Shown: piece after piece, positions 50,301 through 64,000 of the stretch
Layout of the letters: the number at the start of each line of letters is the position of its first letter
Numbering within the stretch: the first letter of the stretch is position 1
Source: Takakia lepidozioides
Taxonomy: Eukaryota > Plantae > Bryophyta
Assembly: GCA_030704615.1 (NCBI GenBank)
Contig: CM060734.1
Location: 62,062,001-62,126,000 of the forward strand
Direction of reading: 5' to 3'
DNA: 64,000 bases
Notes under the pieces: model-generated
Databases searched by the model: none
Told to the model about the DNA's origin: nothing
What the model saw: only the letters and a program-made list of their open reading frames with translations
Translations under genes and position numbers: made by a program

Positions 50301-53300
50301 TCAGCACTGACTATTTTTACAATGCAGTTATTGACCATCTCCAATCTGCAGCAAAGGGAGATCGTCCACCTCTGCAACTGCAGATCCAGTTCGCTTCTGT
50401 CGGTCTGATGCATGTTTATCATTTCCTGCCAAAATTTGTCGCTCATACATATCTTTGAACCTGCCCATAGGCCAAAACCAGATAGACCAATGGTAAGCAG
50501 TCTGTATAACATGCAACAATAGGGTTCATTGTCGAGGGGTAGCAAGGGAACACAACGGTCCTCTATGGACAAATTCAAAATTTCAGCAAAATCAACTCCA
50601 AGGTGCGGGCCAATTAAAAGAGTACTAAGTGGAGAAGCTGTACTCTTTGCGGTCTCCAAGAAGACCTGGGCAGCAAAAGTCAAACAGTGCCCACATTTCC
50701 TGTTCCAACAGCAACAGAAAATTTATTTGCTTGTGCAAAAGATTGCTGAAAGGCTTTAGCATTACATGGCAATGCTCAGATCCCACGACAGCACGGATGA
50801 TGAATTTGGCTTGAGAACTGACGAAATGCACAAAATCTCATCTCTATTATCCTGCTACTAAGGTTGGTTCTATTAATGAATGCCTGGCTGTACCAAGGTG
50901 GCAACAGCCTGTTGCTAGCATGTGTGCTGATTAATGGAGACTAAGCCCGTTTTGACAAGAGAACAGGACAGATTAACCAGAGATAAGGGCTATACCCGAA
51001 GGTGGTTTTGTATGGGTGTGCCACTTAAAATGAGTCTGTGTGCCGCAGGAATTTCCCGCAAACCTTTGGCACGCTGAGTGCTGGGATTTTTAACCAGATG
51101 TCCCTGTTGGCCAGCCTCATGCCCAAAGATGTAAGATGAAGCTCTCTGAATGAGAGATACAGACTGTTATCTTTAAGTGGCAAACAAGTATGTGCTAAAA
51201 AGGAAGTAACTAAGTTTACAGACCTCGTCAAGAATAATGTAATCCCAAGTAACGATGTCTTCGCTGGTGTCCCCAAAGCCATCCCTCCCAGTGAAGTCCC
51301 CTCTGAGCTCCTTTGAGTGGCAGCGCACTAGGTCATATGTGGTTATCAGCACCCCTCCCCTCTGAGCTTGCCCGTTTGTCAGTTCTCTTTGCCATTAACA
51401 ATCTCTACCAATCAGTGTGGGATGCCAAAGAAACCTTATTCTACTACAACCAAATCATACAGACATTATATACTCTTGTTCCATTGTTGACAAAAGAGAC
51501 CGGCTAAAAAGACCCAGCAGCAGCAACAAGTGTACGTATTGTCATGAAAAGTGTGCAGGCAAAATTGTTACCTGGAGGACTCCTTGCAGAGCAAATTCAC
51601 GTGCCTTTGCTGATGTACCTGAATAACTGCATGACTTGTCCCAAAAGCCTCATTAGTGATGACAGGAAGAATGCCGACCCTTTCCCAATCTTAAGGGTGA
51701 CCTGAAGGGCCTACCTACCCTGGGCACTAGACTGAAATTTATCAAAATCATGGGGTCTGTTTAACATGGTATAACTCTTTGCCATGAAGGCATTGCAAGA
51801 GAACAATCCCAGAAACCTCACCCGGGAATCTGGGGCGGTGGTGAAAAGATGGAAAAACATCAGATGCACTCACTCTTGCGTCTTGCGTGCAAGACCAACC
51901 GTTGATAGCTCTTTAGCCCACTGTGCAATCAGTGTCTTGGGAACCACAATGAGTGCACACTTGATAAGCTGAGAATGAAAGAGTCCAGCAAGGAAGGATG
52001 CTATCTGCACTCAGCCAACAACAATCAAAGTCAGCAGATGATAGAGATGCCAGGGCTATGCAGTGTAGACAAACTGCAATGTCTCTGCATACATACTCAC
52101 ATCCAGCAACAATCCAATCTGCCAACAACACATCTACCAAGTGCTCAAATGCTCAGAGAGGGGCACATGCAAAAATGTCATTCTTACCAAGAACAGCAGA
52201 TTCCATTCATTCTACAGAGCTTAGATTTATCACAAACTGCCCATTTGACACTATGTTTACCTTCCAAACCACCAAAAGTGTATTTGACATGGCACTAACA
52301 ATTATGCTCACCTGCATAGTTTTACCAAGACCCATGTCATCACCTAGAATGCCTCCCATGCATTTACAGTGCAGTCCCCACAACCACTTGATCCCCTCAC
52401 GCTGATGGGGGTAGAGCATCTTAGCAATTTTGGCATTAAGCTTGTAGCATCGACTACCATCAATCAATTCCATGTCAGCTTCTGTGCCCTGTTTAGAAGC
52501 AAATCCATTGAATGTAGAGGGCGGCAGCTTTGGAGGCAACACAGCTTGATCAACCCCTGTGTTGCAGTTCAACAGCACTGGTGCACCATCATCACCGTCA
52601 TCCGCAGATGTACATCCCTTGGAAAAGGAAGACTTCCCAATACTAGAGCTGCCAGGTTTGCTGCTTTCTGAACCCCTCTCCGCCTCAATCGTCAGCTTTT
52701 GCTGGACAAAACCTTTTCTCTCACAGGCTGATGCTGGCATACCTCCTTCTTTGAATGAACTCTGCAACTCGTTCCTTTGGTTCCTGCTGGACAAACCACC
52801 TGGGCAGATTGAATGCTTGCCCCGGAGAGTCAGACAGCTAAGGCTCCCACTCAACCCATCAGACAAACCAGCTTCATCCTCTGAAGCCCCTTCTGCATTT
52901 GCATGACTGTATGTCCTCTCCAATCTTAGCTTCTCGGAGACATCCAGCACTTGAGGCCTCCCTTTGACACATTGACTTAGACCTGGATATAATGCAAGTA
53001 TGAATAGAATCAATTGACATATATACATTGCTGTTGGCACAAGGATCACGCACTCATTACCATGAACTCATAAGGATAAAATCCATGTATGGAAGGGATC
53101 AATCGGCAGAGAAGTCAATCTGCAGAGAAATCAAGACATGATTAACATGAGGGCATTTGTATCACCAGCGGCAAAACTATCCAGAAATCTATGACAATGA
53201 TACTTATCTTTGAAATTGACTATCTTTTCTCTTTGGATAACAGGGCCATACAGCTTAGGGGACTTCAAACTGCAAACTTACCTGCTCTTAAGTTCAAAGC

Positions 53301-54002
53301 CGAGAAACTCGAATTGGCAGTGTCGTCATCACCATCATCAAGACTTATTCCTCCACTTCCTTCTGGATCTGTTAACAGTTTAGAGTCTTCTCTTTTGGAT
53401 TCTGCTTCGAAGTGTTCTCTCTCCTGACGTAAAGGCAGATCTGCACACAAATCATCTGTTATTCTCCGGAGTCATCCAATGCATAGCTTAGACAATCAGA
53501 CACCGCAATGGCTATGGTGATGGAGAACCTTTCATTAATTGCAAAGCAAGCTTTCAAATGTCTTGTTGGCACCTTTCAGTAAACAAACTTGTCTACTGTT
53601 TACCCATGTGATTTAATTGTTCTCCGAGTATCAGGTAAAGCAACGTAGCAGGAAAATGCATGCCCTGATAATCCGTAGTGGCCAGAGACGCAGCGGCATA
53701 CACCACATCACTCATCGTATGCCAATTCTGAATTTGTGTGGACCTCATGAGCTTGGCTATCAGAAAGGTGCGTGTCACTATTAGGAGCAGTAAGGAAAAA
53801 TCTGACAGGAGTTTCGAGTTTCACAAGAGCAAAACGGACCTGGCGGGAGGGGGGCAGCATTACGGGACCGATGGAGCTTGTTCCGGCGTATTGCAGCGAT
53901 GGACTGAAGAAGGTCAGCCCTCTCCTGAAGGGCGACAGATTTGGAGGCTGGCCTGCGCTCTCGAGCAGCTGTGAAGGCATCTCTACGTTCCCAATCGGCC
54001 AT
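44319..54002 (-). CDS. CHR24: SNF2-family translocase, ERCC6L/PICH (CHR24-like), multi-exon
   Basis: [31 protein letters not shown]|[51 protein letters not shown]-terminal LPDGGANI, with GT-AG introns. Start codon inferred. One apparent 1-bp deletion near 47860. Confidence 0.88.
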
Positions 54003-54267
54003 AGCTCACCACACTCTCAAGATTTTCCACCACAGCCTAACCTAGGGAACTTCAATTAACGTCACCGAGTCCTTTTCATGATCTCTCAAATGCTGTAGAT
54101 GCTATGCTCGGAGAAAGCGTTTGCCGGCAAAAGGAATGTGAGCACATGGAGCTAGCAAGCCAAAATAGACATTATACTTCGCTGCAATTCTTAAGAAATG
54201 AGAGGGAGTGGAAGGTTGCGAGTAGCTGTGTTTGATGTAGGATGACAAAACAGCAAATCGATCGAGC

Positions 54268-54293
<26 letters not shown>
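54268..54293. repeat. (GA)n microsatellite upstream of CHR24
   Basis: Dinucleotide run. Confidence 0.9.
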
Positions 54294-54298
<5 letters not shown>

Positions 54299-56064
54299 GT
54301 CCACGACACTTTTAGCGGGAAATGTTTGTGAAGGACATGTTTGAAACGCGTCCTTGGCAACGGTGCACATAATGACCTTGTCCGACTGCCCGGCCCACAG
54401 CCCGGTACATAGCAGCGTGCCAAGGTGGAGTCTGGGCAATTCGCACGGAGGGATGTATCCGGGTGGGTTCACATTTCTGCCCATCCCTGCGCCTCGAGAT
54501 TCCCATCAGCTAGTGGAAGAATCTGCACAAACTGAATTCGTAAGTAACTGAGGTCAAGCTTGATGAAGACATCATACGAGAAAGCATTCCGTTGCTGCTG
54601 CTCTAGCCCCCTGTGCAACACAGATATGGCACGTGACTGTGCTTGAGAAAGGACGCGGGCGCACACAAAATCCGACAGCATCAACATGTTGACATGGTCC
54701 TTTACTGAAGGGTGCTAATGAGCTTTCAACAACATTCATGCAAGTTGTTTTGGGCTCCACTGAGCTCTACACGGTGAGGAACAACGACTGTGCTTGATAA
54801 AGGACGCGGGCGCACACACATGCAGGGTGTGTGTGTACGGAGGGGGCGCGGCGACGTGCGCTTTATTTCTATGAAGCCGACACTGGTATTTGGTATTCTC
54901 CTGGGGACTCTTGAGTTCATCATTAAGATGCAGTGGCGTCTACATGCAGGTCAAGCAGTACGCATAGAGCAAGGACTTCATATCAGAGCCTTCGCAGTGG
55001 TGGGACAACAGCTGTGAGAAGGTGTGTTGATGTGTTTTGATACGAATGTTCTATAAAGTCCTAGGACCTTCGATGCTACTCGGAGTGAACTGCTGAAATT
55101 CTAGTTGCGCAGACTGGAATATCTCACTTGCTTTGAGTAAGAACTTCAAGGTCTGTCAGATGTGCGGTCGTGGCTTACTTTGTTGGGTTACTAACCCACA
55201 ACAGCCTCTTAAGTTGGTTGATTCAAGCTTGTGGAGTCTTCTGTATTAATATCAAAGGTCACCAGACACCAGACAAAAGCCCAGAAGGTTCTTTGATTTA
55301 AGAGTTGGACTAACCCCTGGGGTAAAGAAGAGCTAGCTACCATTACGCAAGTTCTAGCACACTTGATGATGTATTGATCGCAAAGTAGGGGTGCAATTCG
55401 GGTTTGAATGTTGGAGCTCCATTGAAATTTCAATACGAAAGTCCAGATTCTGCCGGACTGGAAGATTATGTTGGAAGATAGAGTCGGTCCAAACAGAGGC
55501 TGTGGAAGAATGTGAGAATCATCAACAATGAGCTTGACTTGAAGGATCGCCTTGGCCAACACAAGCTTCTTGAGTACCCTCTGCAACATCTGTCATGTTT
55601 GTATGTTTCTTGTGGGAATGAGGCAGGGCAGTGTAGTTTGCAGAAATGTTATCCAAAGCTACTAAAGCCGTCATCATTTGAGAGACTTATACAATCAAAA
55701 GCTGCCATCGTTCTCATGTTCTTGCTGTTGCAGGTCAGATGATGATAGCTCAAAATCTCTGGCAGGAGTTCTCAGATACTTCACAATGGTCAGGCAATAG
55801 GTGTGAAAAGGTGAGGCCATCTTCATTTAGAACTTGAAAGAGGGGTCTGTAGATAAAGCTGTAATGAGGATGGGCTGTGGGACTGGATTGTATTTCCAGC
55901 TGCTTAGCCTTATGGAAGTCAGTCTCTACCCACTGGAAAGTAAGTCTCACCTGTGGTGTCAGTAAATTTCTTCCTTGTTACAAGTGCAAGAAGGTAACTT
56001 TCTATCATTTGAAAAAGGCATGGAACACTAGTGGTTTTATCCCTGTCTATCGAGGTCATGGTTG

Positions 56065-56620
56065 AGTATGGCTCCCATCCTTCATGCTCCCGCATTTAGC
56101 ATACATGTCAACAATTGTATTCTCCATAATGATATCCGGAGGTTTTCCAGCTGTGATGATGTCAGCATGGACCTATTTCCCCCTTTCCAGCACTCCTAGT
56201 CTCGCACACACATTGAGGACAAAAGTGAATGTGACCCTGTCAGGCATCCCCCTTGCCTGTTGCATTCCTTCATAGTTTTTGAAAGCCTCCTCGACACATC
56301 CATGCCTGGCATATCCTGCCATCATCATGGTCCAAGTAAGCATATCTCTTCGAGGCATCTTGTCAAACACTTGGCGCGCATCCACCATGCTCCCACACTT
56401 GGTATACATGTTGACCAGGGTGTTGAGTAGGAAAATATTTGGCTTAAATCCACTTTGGATGATGTGCGCATGTACGTGCTTTCCCTCTTCAAGGCCTTTC
56501 ATGCGTATGCAATCCTGTAAGAGACACACGTATGTCTTGGAGCCGACCTGAATGCCTTGTTTGCTCAAAATCTGCAGAGCATCTTTAGGTCGCCCTGAGA
56601 GTCCCGTCATATCCCCACAA
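56065..56620 (-). pseudogene. PLS-class PPR N-terminal fragment
   Basis: YVCLLQDC...NTLVNMYTKCGSMVDARQVFDKMPRRDMLTWTMMMAGY. Frameshift at ~56175, truncated. Confidence 0.85.
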
Positions 56621-56734
56621 GAGCTCAAGGTGTGCTTGTTGACTCCCTCCCTTGGTCCTCTGTCAAAAGCAGTGGTAATTGTCAAAGTACTATTCTCATT
56701 CTTCTATTTACATGCGTGTGGAAGATATATCTGT

Positions 56735-57860
56735 CCTTAAGGTGCAGACATAGAGAGTTTGACAATATGGCTAAGAGAGATGTGGTCTGATGGAGTGTGA
56801 TGATCTCAGGATATGCTCAGCATGGGTGTGGTAGGGAGGCTTTGGAGATCTATGAGCAAATGCAACAGGAAAGAGTGATGCCAACAGGGTCACATTCATT
56901 TGGATTCTCATTGCATGTGCAAGCCTAGGAGCCCTGGAAATGGGCAAAGACGTGCATCGTGATGTTATAAAAGCTGGAATCCAGTCATATATTAATTTAC
57001 ATTGGTGGACATGTACGCGAAATGTGGGAGCATGAAGGATGCAAGTCAAGTGTTCAACAATATGGCTCAATGAGACGTGGTCTCATGGAATGCCATGATA
57101 GCAGGATTTGCTCAGGATGGGTGTGGTACAGAGGCTTTGAAGATCTATGATCAAATGCAACAGGATGGGATGATCCCCAGCAGGGTCATATTCATTTATC
57201 AGGGTGAAAAGCACCACAATCTTACAGAAGCAAACGATCGCTGCACCACAGGCAGTGCAACTACTGAAGGAGCTGCGATTGGAGGGATTGCTACGCAAGG
57301 ACTGGTCCTTGCATCATCGGCAGTTCATGATACAATTTCTTCAAAACTTTGAGCCTCGGACAGGAGTTACTCAGGTGAGGGGAGTAGATATAGAAATTAC
57401 TCCCCAGTACCTGCAGCAACTGTTTGATTTGCCATCAGGACATGTATCCTCAATGCATGTGCTGACATAGGAGCCCTGGAAATAGGCAAAGAGGTCCATG
57501 CTGACATCATCAAAGTTGGAATTGCACCGGATGTAAACTTGGAGATTGGCCTTGCTGACATGTATGCAAAATGTGGGAGCATGAAGGATGTAGAAGCAGT
57601 TTTCAACAATTTGTGGTTTCATGGAGCGCAATGATTGCAGGCTATGCTCAGGATGGGCGTGGTAGGGAGGCCTTGCAACTATTTGAACAAATGAAAGATG
57701 CAGGTGTAAAGCCCAATGGTATTACCTTTATATCTGTTCTCTCTGCATGTAGCCATATGGGCCTAGTAGATGAGGGCCATCACTGCTTTGGTTCCATGAC
57801 CCAAGATTATGGCCTCACACCTACGTTGGAGCATTTTGCTGCATCGTGGACCTTCTTGGG
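56735..57860 (+). pseudogene. PLS-class PPR pseudogene with ~245-bp foreign insert (57197-57441)
   Basis: VSWNAMIAGFAQDG, VSWSAMIAGYAQDG, ITFISVLSACSHMGLVDEG, with multiple frameshifts. Confidence 0.85.
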
Positions 57861-58779
57861 TTTGGAGGGCGATAAGCTCAGGCAGAGTGCTCAAAGACCA
57901 GCAAGCATGACAGCCACCTAAAGGATGCTCGCCCTAATATGGCTTCACTGCTGCCTACACGGTGTTGGGGCTTGCTTGTGAGATTGTAAGAGACTTTGTG
58001 CTTGAAGAGTCGGGAGTGCACACTGGCATGTTTGGGCTGTTTGGACATTTGGACCTGCATTAGCTCGCTGAGTGTTTGCCCATGTCAGGTTCAGAAAGAA
58101 AACCAGATTCTCTGAGAATCTCACTCCTGTAGGTGGGTACACTGCCAATGTCCACAATCTCACACTGCCAATTCAAAACTTGGTTTTTTTGTTCTAGTAT
58201 ATCTGGGCTATTGAATCCTTGCTTCCCGATAGATGGCGCCCCTTGCGGTCTGGGGGTCCGTGGCACGACGACATTCATGGCTTGCCGCAGCCATTTGTGC
58301 TTCCAAACCTACTCGCTTTTGTTCCTCATTCTGGGAGTCTGCCTGCCGCCACATGTCCTCTTTCCTCAGACCGTCTTCAGAGCTTTCCTGGGCCAGTGGG
58401 ACGAATGATTCAGTCGGTAAGTTCCGTCTGACCACTCTTTGCACACTGCATGATGGTCGGTAGCATAAAGATGGTGTGCAACACTAACACGTAACCAGCT
58501 CTATCTATCACTGTGGTTGGATTTCGTTCAAAAACTATCAATCCAAGCATAGTTTGAGACTGGAAGTCCAAGCAATTGCAAAAATTTGAAATTCGTGTCG
58601 TCAAGCCAAGAAAAAGAGAGAAAAGCGTATGTTGTCACCGAGCGAGCACCTTTGTGTCTTTGCTGGTACTAAATTGCTGTAAAATGTCCGCTCAACAGCT
58701 TCAACCAACCGTCACTTTGTCGCATCCAGACCTCCATATTAGCAGACTCGACCTTGACAAAGAAGGGAATTTAAGGTGT

Positions 58780-61700
58780 AACCTGCAAGTAGTATTTTTC
58801 TATTGGTAGTCTCATCTCCAAAATGACCTCCAGCCACTCCTTTATGAACTTCTTCCAGAACTTTATTTACTTCATGGTGGTACAAGCATCGTTTAAGAAC
58901 TCCATCAGGTCCTAGCTTATACAATCTGCCATCTATCATAGTGTAGGGTAAAGCCTTGATAGCTATTCTCTTCCTCTGTTCTTTCTTATAATTGGGTGGG
59001 CATTGACCATGAGTAAGGTAGTATTTGATGGGCCACTGCCAATCTAGCCAATGATCTGCACTTCCCTGCACCTCCACTGCAAATAGACTCGCATCAGGTA
59101 ATTGGTCGTCTACTCCCGTGGCGGGCTCTCCTGTTGATAGGCGTAACAAGTGATTTGCCACAAGATGCAAATGGCCAAGCTTGTAAACAACTTCGAATTC
59201 AAACTCATACAAGATTATTAATCATCTCGTTATCTTGTCACTTATCAAAGGCTTGTTCACCAGATAAATCAAAGCCTGATGATCCACATAAAACATAAAC
59301 TTCCTTCCCAATAGGTAATGCTTGAATTTCTTGACTGCATCAATCATTGCCAATGCTTCTCTTTCAGTTGTGCTATAGTTCCTTTTAGCACTGTTCAACA
59401 ACCTGCTAGCATAGTACATAGGTGAATCTATGTTTCCTGTGACATTTTGGGCTAACACAGCTCCCAATGCTTCTCCTGAGGCATCACAGTGTACATGAAA
59501 TACTACATGCTAGTGAGGGTTAATCAGCACAGGTGTAGTTGTTACTGACAATGTAAGTGCTTCAAATGCTTGTTGACATTCAGCCGTCCATGCAAACACT
59601 GCATCCTTCTTCAAAAGCTTGTTCAATGGAGCTGTCATCTGTGCATACCGTTTGACAAACCTTCTATAATAAGTAGTTTGTCCAAGGAACCTCCTTAGAC
59701 CCTAAACGTTACTTGGTGGTGGTGAGGCTTTAATAGCCTCTGTCTTTCTAGGATCCACAAGTAGTCCCTTCTTACACACAATGTGTCCCAGTAGTATCCC
59801 TGAATTCACACAGAAAGTACACTTTTTCGGATTCAGACCAATACCTCTCATCCTGCATGTGGCCAAACATAATTCCAACTTCTGCAAGTGCTCATTCTTA
59901 GAGCTGTACACACTGAAGTCATCTAAGAACACTTGCATAAAATCATCCAAATACTCATAGAAAGATTCACTTATCACTCTCTGGAAAGTTGTTGGTGCAT
60001 TACAAAGTCCAAAAGACATGACTTTATATGCATATAGGCACTCCAGTCTGTGATGAAAGTTGTCTTTCCCTGATCTTCTTCCGCTACTTGCACTTGGTTA
60101 TATCCACTGCAGCCATCCATGAATGAGTACATCTCATGGCCTGCCATAGTGTCCAGTACAGCTTCTATGAATAGCAAGGGAAATGGATCTTTCTTTGTAC
60201 AAGCATTCAACTTCTTATAGTTCACACAAACTCTCAGTTTGCCATTCTTCTTGGGAACTATCACAATGGGTAATAGCCAAGTTGTATACTCTATCGGGTA
60301 TATGAACTTAGCCTTAGTCAACTTCTTGATCTCTTCCCCAACCTTCTATGCATAGTTAGGATTCATCCTATACCTTGCCTATTTGATTGGCACTGACCTT
60401 GGTTCCAGTTCAATCTTATGCTGACAAACCTCAGGGGGTATCCCTTCATATCCTCATAGCTCCAAGCAAATAAGGCCTCTAGCTTCCTCAAAGAATTCTG
60501 GCTCCAAGTCAGCCCCTACTTTCACCATTCTTGGTTACTCCTCAGTTCCCACATTCACTTCTCTCACCTGCTCTTCAGCTGTGATTGTCTATCCAGCCAC
60601 TACTTCATCTTGTAAATTCACAGTGGCTGGTTTATCTAGGATTTCTATTTCTCCCTCTCTTTCCTCATAGAAATGTGGTGGGTAACTACTTGTTTCCCCC
60701 TCAATTGGTGTTGTTGTTACTGCACCACAGCAGATACATTTAAAGCAACTCAGGCCTCCCAGTTGCATTCTGCAACCTGCTCCCACTCTGGGTGTGCAGC
60801 AAACAAGGTAGCTTCCTACTCCTCATCAAGTCTTCCTCTCCAATCATACTCCCTGACTCTACGAGGTCTTTTGGTAGCAGGTAGCCTACTAGATTTCTTA
60901 GTGGTGACCTGTATCTTGTGCTTCCCATCATGCACAGTCAGTAACTGGGAATTCCTAACATGGAATACCCTGGCCTGTTTCAGCCATGGTCGACCCAGCA
61001 ATAAAGAGTAAACTTCCATGACTTCATCCATTTTCAACACAGTCACTGTGATCTTAAATATCATCTTGTGAATATGTATCTTAACTCATCTTATCAAGCC
61101 TAATGGCTGTACACTCCTTTTAACTGCCATTGTTACTGTGAATGGGGCTGGTTTCATGCTACTTAGACCAAGCTTCTGCCTTAATTGGTCTGTTATATTA
61201 TTCACTCATGAACCTCCATCTATCAGTACATCAGTCAAGTCTGTGCTTCCAATTCTCAGTTGGATTACTGGCATAGAATCATCAAAGTCCATGACTGTTT
61301 CTCACCCTTCAGGCTTCACATTATAACTTGTCACCTTGCTGCCCATGTCTGTATTCTCTGTTACATGAGCAATCTGATTGATTGCTTGATACAGCCTGTG
61401 CCTACAATGAGGTGCCACAGCCAATAGTTGTCCAATGATAACCTCAGCTTTGGACTGGCATATTACTTCAGCCAAAGTCCCTTCATTACCTTGCACTTGT
61501 GCAGCTTCTTGCTTCACTTCATTTTCACCCTCTTCATCTTCTATTTCAGAATCAGAGGAATCTGCCATAGGCATATTAATATTCTTCTGTATTTCCCTTA
61601 TGGTATCCGCCACTTCCTTGTGCAGTTCCTTCTCATCTCTCCAAGCCTCATCATCTTCAGGCACATCACTGCCATCTTCATTAACATCTTCTTCCTCATC

Positions 61701-62305
61701 TACTGGAGGTATTAGCTTAGCTTTGCTTCTGGTCACTATCATTGTACTTACTTCTGGTACAAAACATGGCCTAACCATGTGAGCTGCCACCACTGGGCCC
61801 TCATTCACATGAGCTCTCATCTCATTCTGGTGTCTGATCCAGAATGGGCAAGCTGCTTTGCGATATCCTACCTGGTTACAATAATAACATAGCTCTTCAC
61901 CATTGGGTCCTCGTCATTGGTCTGCTCTGGGATTATTTCTATAATCCTGATTCCCTGGCCGGTAATTCTCCCTGGGATTACCCTGATAGTTGCCTCTGGG
62001 ATTGCCTTGGTAACTCCCTCTTGGATTACCTCTCCCTGCCATACCATTGTTATAACCACCATCCAGTTCAATCTTATGCTAACAGATCTCAGGTGGTATC
62101 CCTTTCAGATCCTCATAGCTCCAAGCAAATACATCTCTGTATTTGATGAACAGACTCTTAGTTTCCTCAAAGAATTTTGGCTCCAAGTCAGCCCCTACTT
62201 TCACCATTCTCGGTTCCTTCTCAGTTCCCACATTCACTTCTCTCATTTGCTCATCAGCTGTGATTGTCCAACCAGTCACTACTTCATTCTGTAAACTTAC
62301 AGTGA
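58780..62305 (-). mobile_element. Decayed Ty3/Gypsy pol (PR-RT-RH-INT N-terminus), different family
   Basis: LIDGGS protease, MDGCSGYNQ, FGLCNAP, FLDDF, HCDASG, NYSTTEREALA, HKGVAGGHFG, with many stops. No MTase motifs between PR and RT. Confidence 0.9.
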
Positions 62306-62599
62306 CATTCTAACTTTTTCATTACTTTAATCTGAGTGTCCCTCCAGTCAGCGCAAAAGTTTGGCTGCACAACAGTAGGTCATGACTGATTGTTCTGAGC
62401 GGGCTGAGTGCTTAGAGATATCCAACTCTTCTATCTTGGAGTTTCCACCTCGGATAGCGAAGGGATGGGTGAGTAAAAGCCGCTCGACACAAGGAGATAC
62501 AACGAAGCGGGGCTCCTAGCCAACAACCACCACTATCCCAATGTGCTCAATGCAACAATGGGGCTCAGGCGAAGCCCAGGGAAGGACAGAGAGGATCTC

Positions 62600-64000
62600 A
62601 ATTGCAGAGGTCACTTCCTTCATTCTCAGACCAACAACAGTCGGGTGTGATATGTTGGGATTGTGGAGGACCCCATGTTAAGAGAGATTGCCCAGAGAGA
62701 GGCAAAGGGTCAGCACAGGCACAGCCTACACAACTACAGTGTGGGCATTGTGGCAAGTATGGGCATGAGGAGGCCCATTGTTATGACCTGCATCCTGAGC
62801 TACGTCCAGGCCAGTTCCAAGGAAACAATGGTGGCCGAGGACGAGGCAATGTAGTCCAGAGAGGTAGAAGAGGCAGAGGTTGCGGTGGAGGTCGTAACCA
62901 AAACCAGGGAGCACAAGGTCAAGGTCAAGGTCATGACCAAGGCATGGTGGATAGGCTTGCCCAGCTAGAGCAACGTCTTGCTACCATAGCCACTACGCAT
63001 GTTGCGCCAGCTCCAAGGCCTGAGGTTCAAGCCTCACCTACACAACCTCCTATGCCTAGGGAAGACCAGATTGGTATGGGCTTCATGTGTGGAGCCGCAC
63101 TTACAGGACCATTGCATGTGGACTCTGCAGCTGAAGTCACTCGAGCAGCAACGCGTGCTCCTGAGCCAAGAGGAGCAGATATGGATTTTGATCCACAAAA
63201 GGAGGAAGCAAGTCGACAGACAAGGCTTCCACAGTCTTTCACATTGGCTGAGACAGTGCCAACTACGCCATCGATGGTACCCGCTCGCCCAAATGTGTCA
63301 AAGATAGAGCCACAAGTGTCAGTGGGGAGAGTTGGTGTGGCTCGAGAATTGCCAGTGGGTGGTGCTACAAAGCAAGGTGCAGCCAGTACATTGTTGGGGG
63401 CTGCTACGGCTGTTTGCCGAGCTCCATTGTTTTCTTCAATGACCATTGCAATGCCAGGGATTCGGCCAGCTGCTGTATTCAGACTAGCAGCTAGACTTTG
63501 TGAGAGTGGTGATGCATTGGCACTATCTGCGGGGATAGCGGATAATGTGCAGTGCATGGATGCCCTGGACTCAAAGGTAAAGATAGCCACAGCTGCACCA
63601 TGGCAAGCGGCAGTTGCAAGGTTGCAGGAGTTGCCAGCTAGACCAGCCATTGAGCGTAGTATGGTAACTCCTGGGGTAGTCCTGGTGGACAATCAGGATG
63701 GTGTGTTTCAGTTGGGTGGCCCAGCCGGGAGGAGGTATAGGTCACTGTAGGTCTTGTTAGACTCGGGAGCACAGCCATTGATGTTGGGAAGAGCATCAAT
63801 TGCAGGCTTAGGCCTTACAGAGGCAGATTTGGAGCCTTGCCCTTTCCAAATTCAAACATCTTTGGGCGGTTCAGAGAAGACACGAGGGATTACACGCCAT
63901 GAGCTCTTCATTCGATTGCAGCCGGATCATCCTACGGACGGCTCAGTCATGAGAGCTAAGCCATTGTTACGGACGCGATGTTTTATGATGTGCTTGTTGG
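62600..64000 (+). mobile_element. Second copy of DNMT-Gypsy family (gag knuckles to protease), runs off window
   Basis: Colinear with 4400-4850 (-) joined to 28519-29440 (+): CWDCGGPH, CGHCGKYGH, GMGFMCGAAL, VLLDSGAQPLMLG. Confidence 0.9.

Noticed and set aside
54469-54687. SYDVFI resembling a TIR-domain start
   Set aside because: The similarity does not extend beyond six residues.

Overview
Eukaryotic genomic DNA, inferred to be from a non-seed land plant: it has spliceosomal introns, many PLS/DYW PPR fragments and a cyanovirin-N gene. The window is rich in TEs and pseudogenes. Main result: a Ty3/Gypsy LTR retrotransposon whose polyprotein carries a complete DNMT3-like C5-cytosine methyltransferase domain (29902-30870) between the aspartic protease and the reverse transcriptase. 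Its 5' half (putative LTR and gag, 4400-8964) lies on the opposite strand about 24 kb away. A nested chromovirus with 725-bp LTRs and a shared TGGGA target-site duplication ties the two halves together and implies a later inversion. A second family member starts at about 62600 and runs off the window. Other content: an internally deleted Copia with both LTRs, another decayed Gypsy, a two-exon secreted CVNH lectin gene, a CHR24/ERCC6L SNF2 gene, a PUS5-like pseudouridine synthase, a Cdc20 fragment, and PPR pseudogenes interleaved with OSB-type PDF-motif repeats and a DUF2921 fragment. All family calls are motif recognition by eye. No database search was run, and pseudogene boundaries are approximate.
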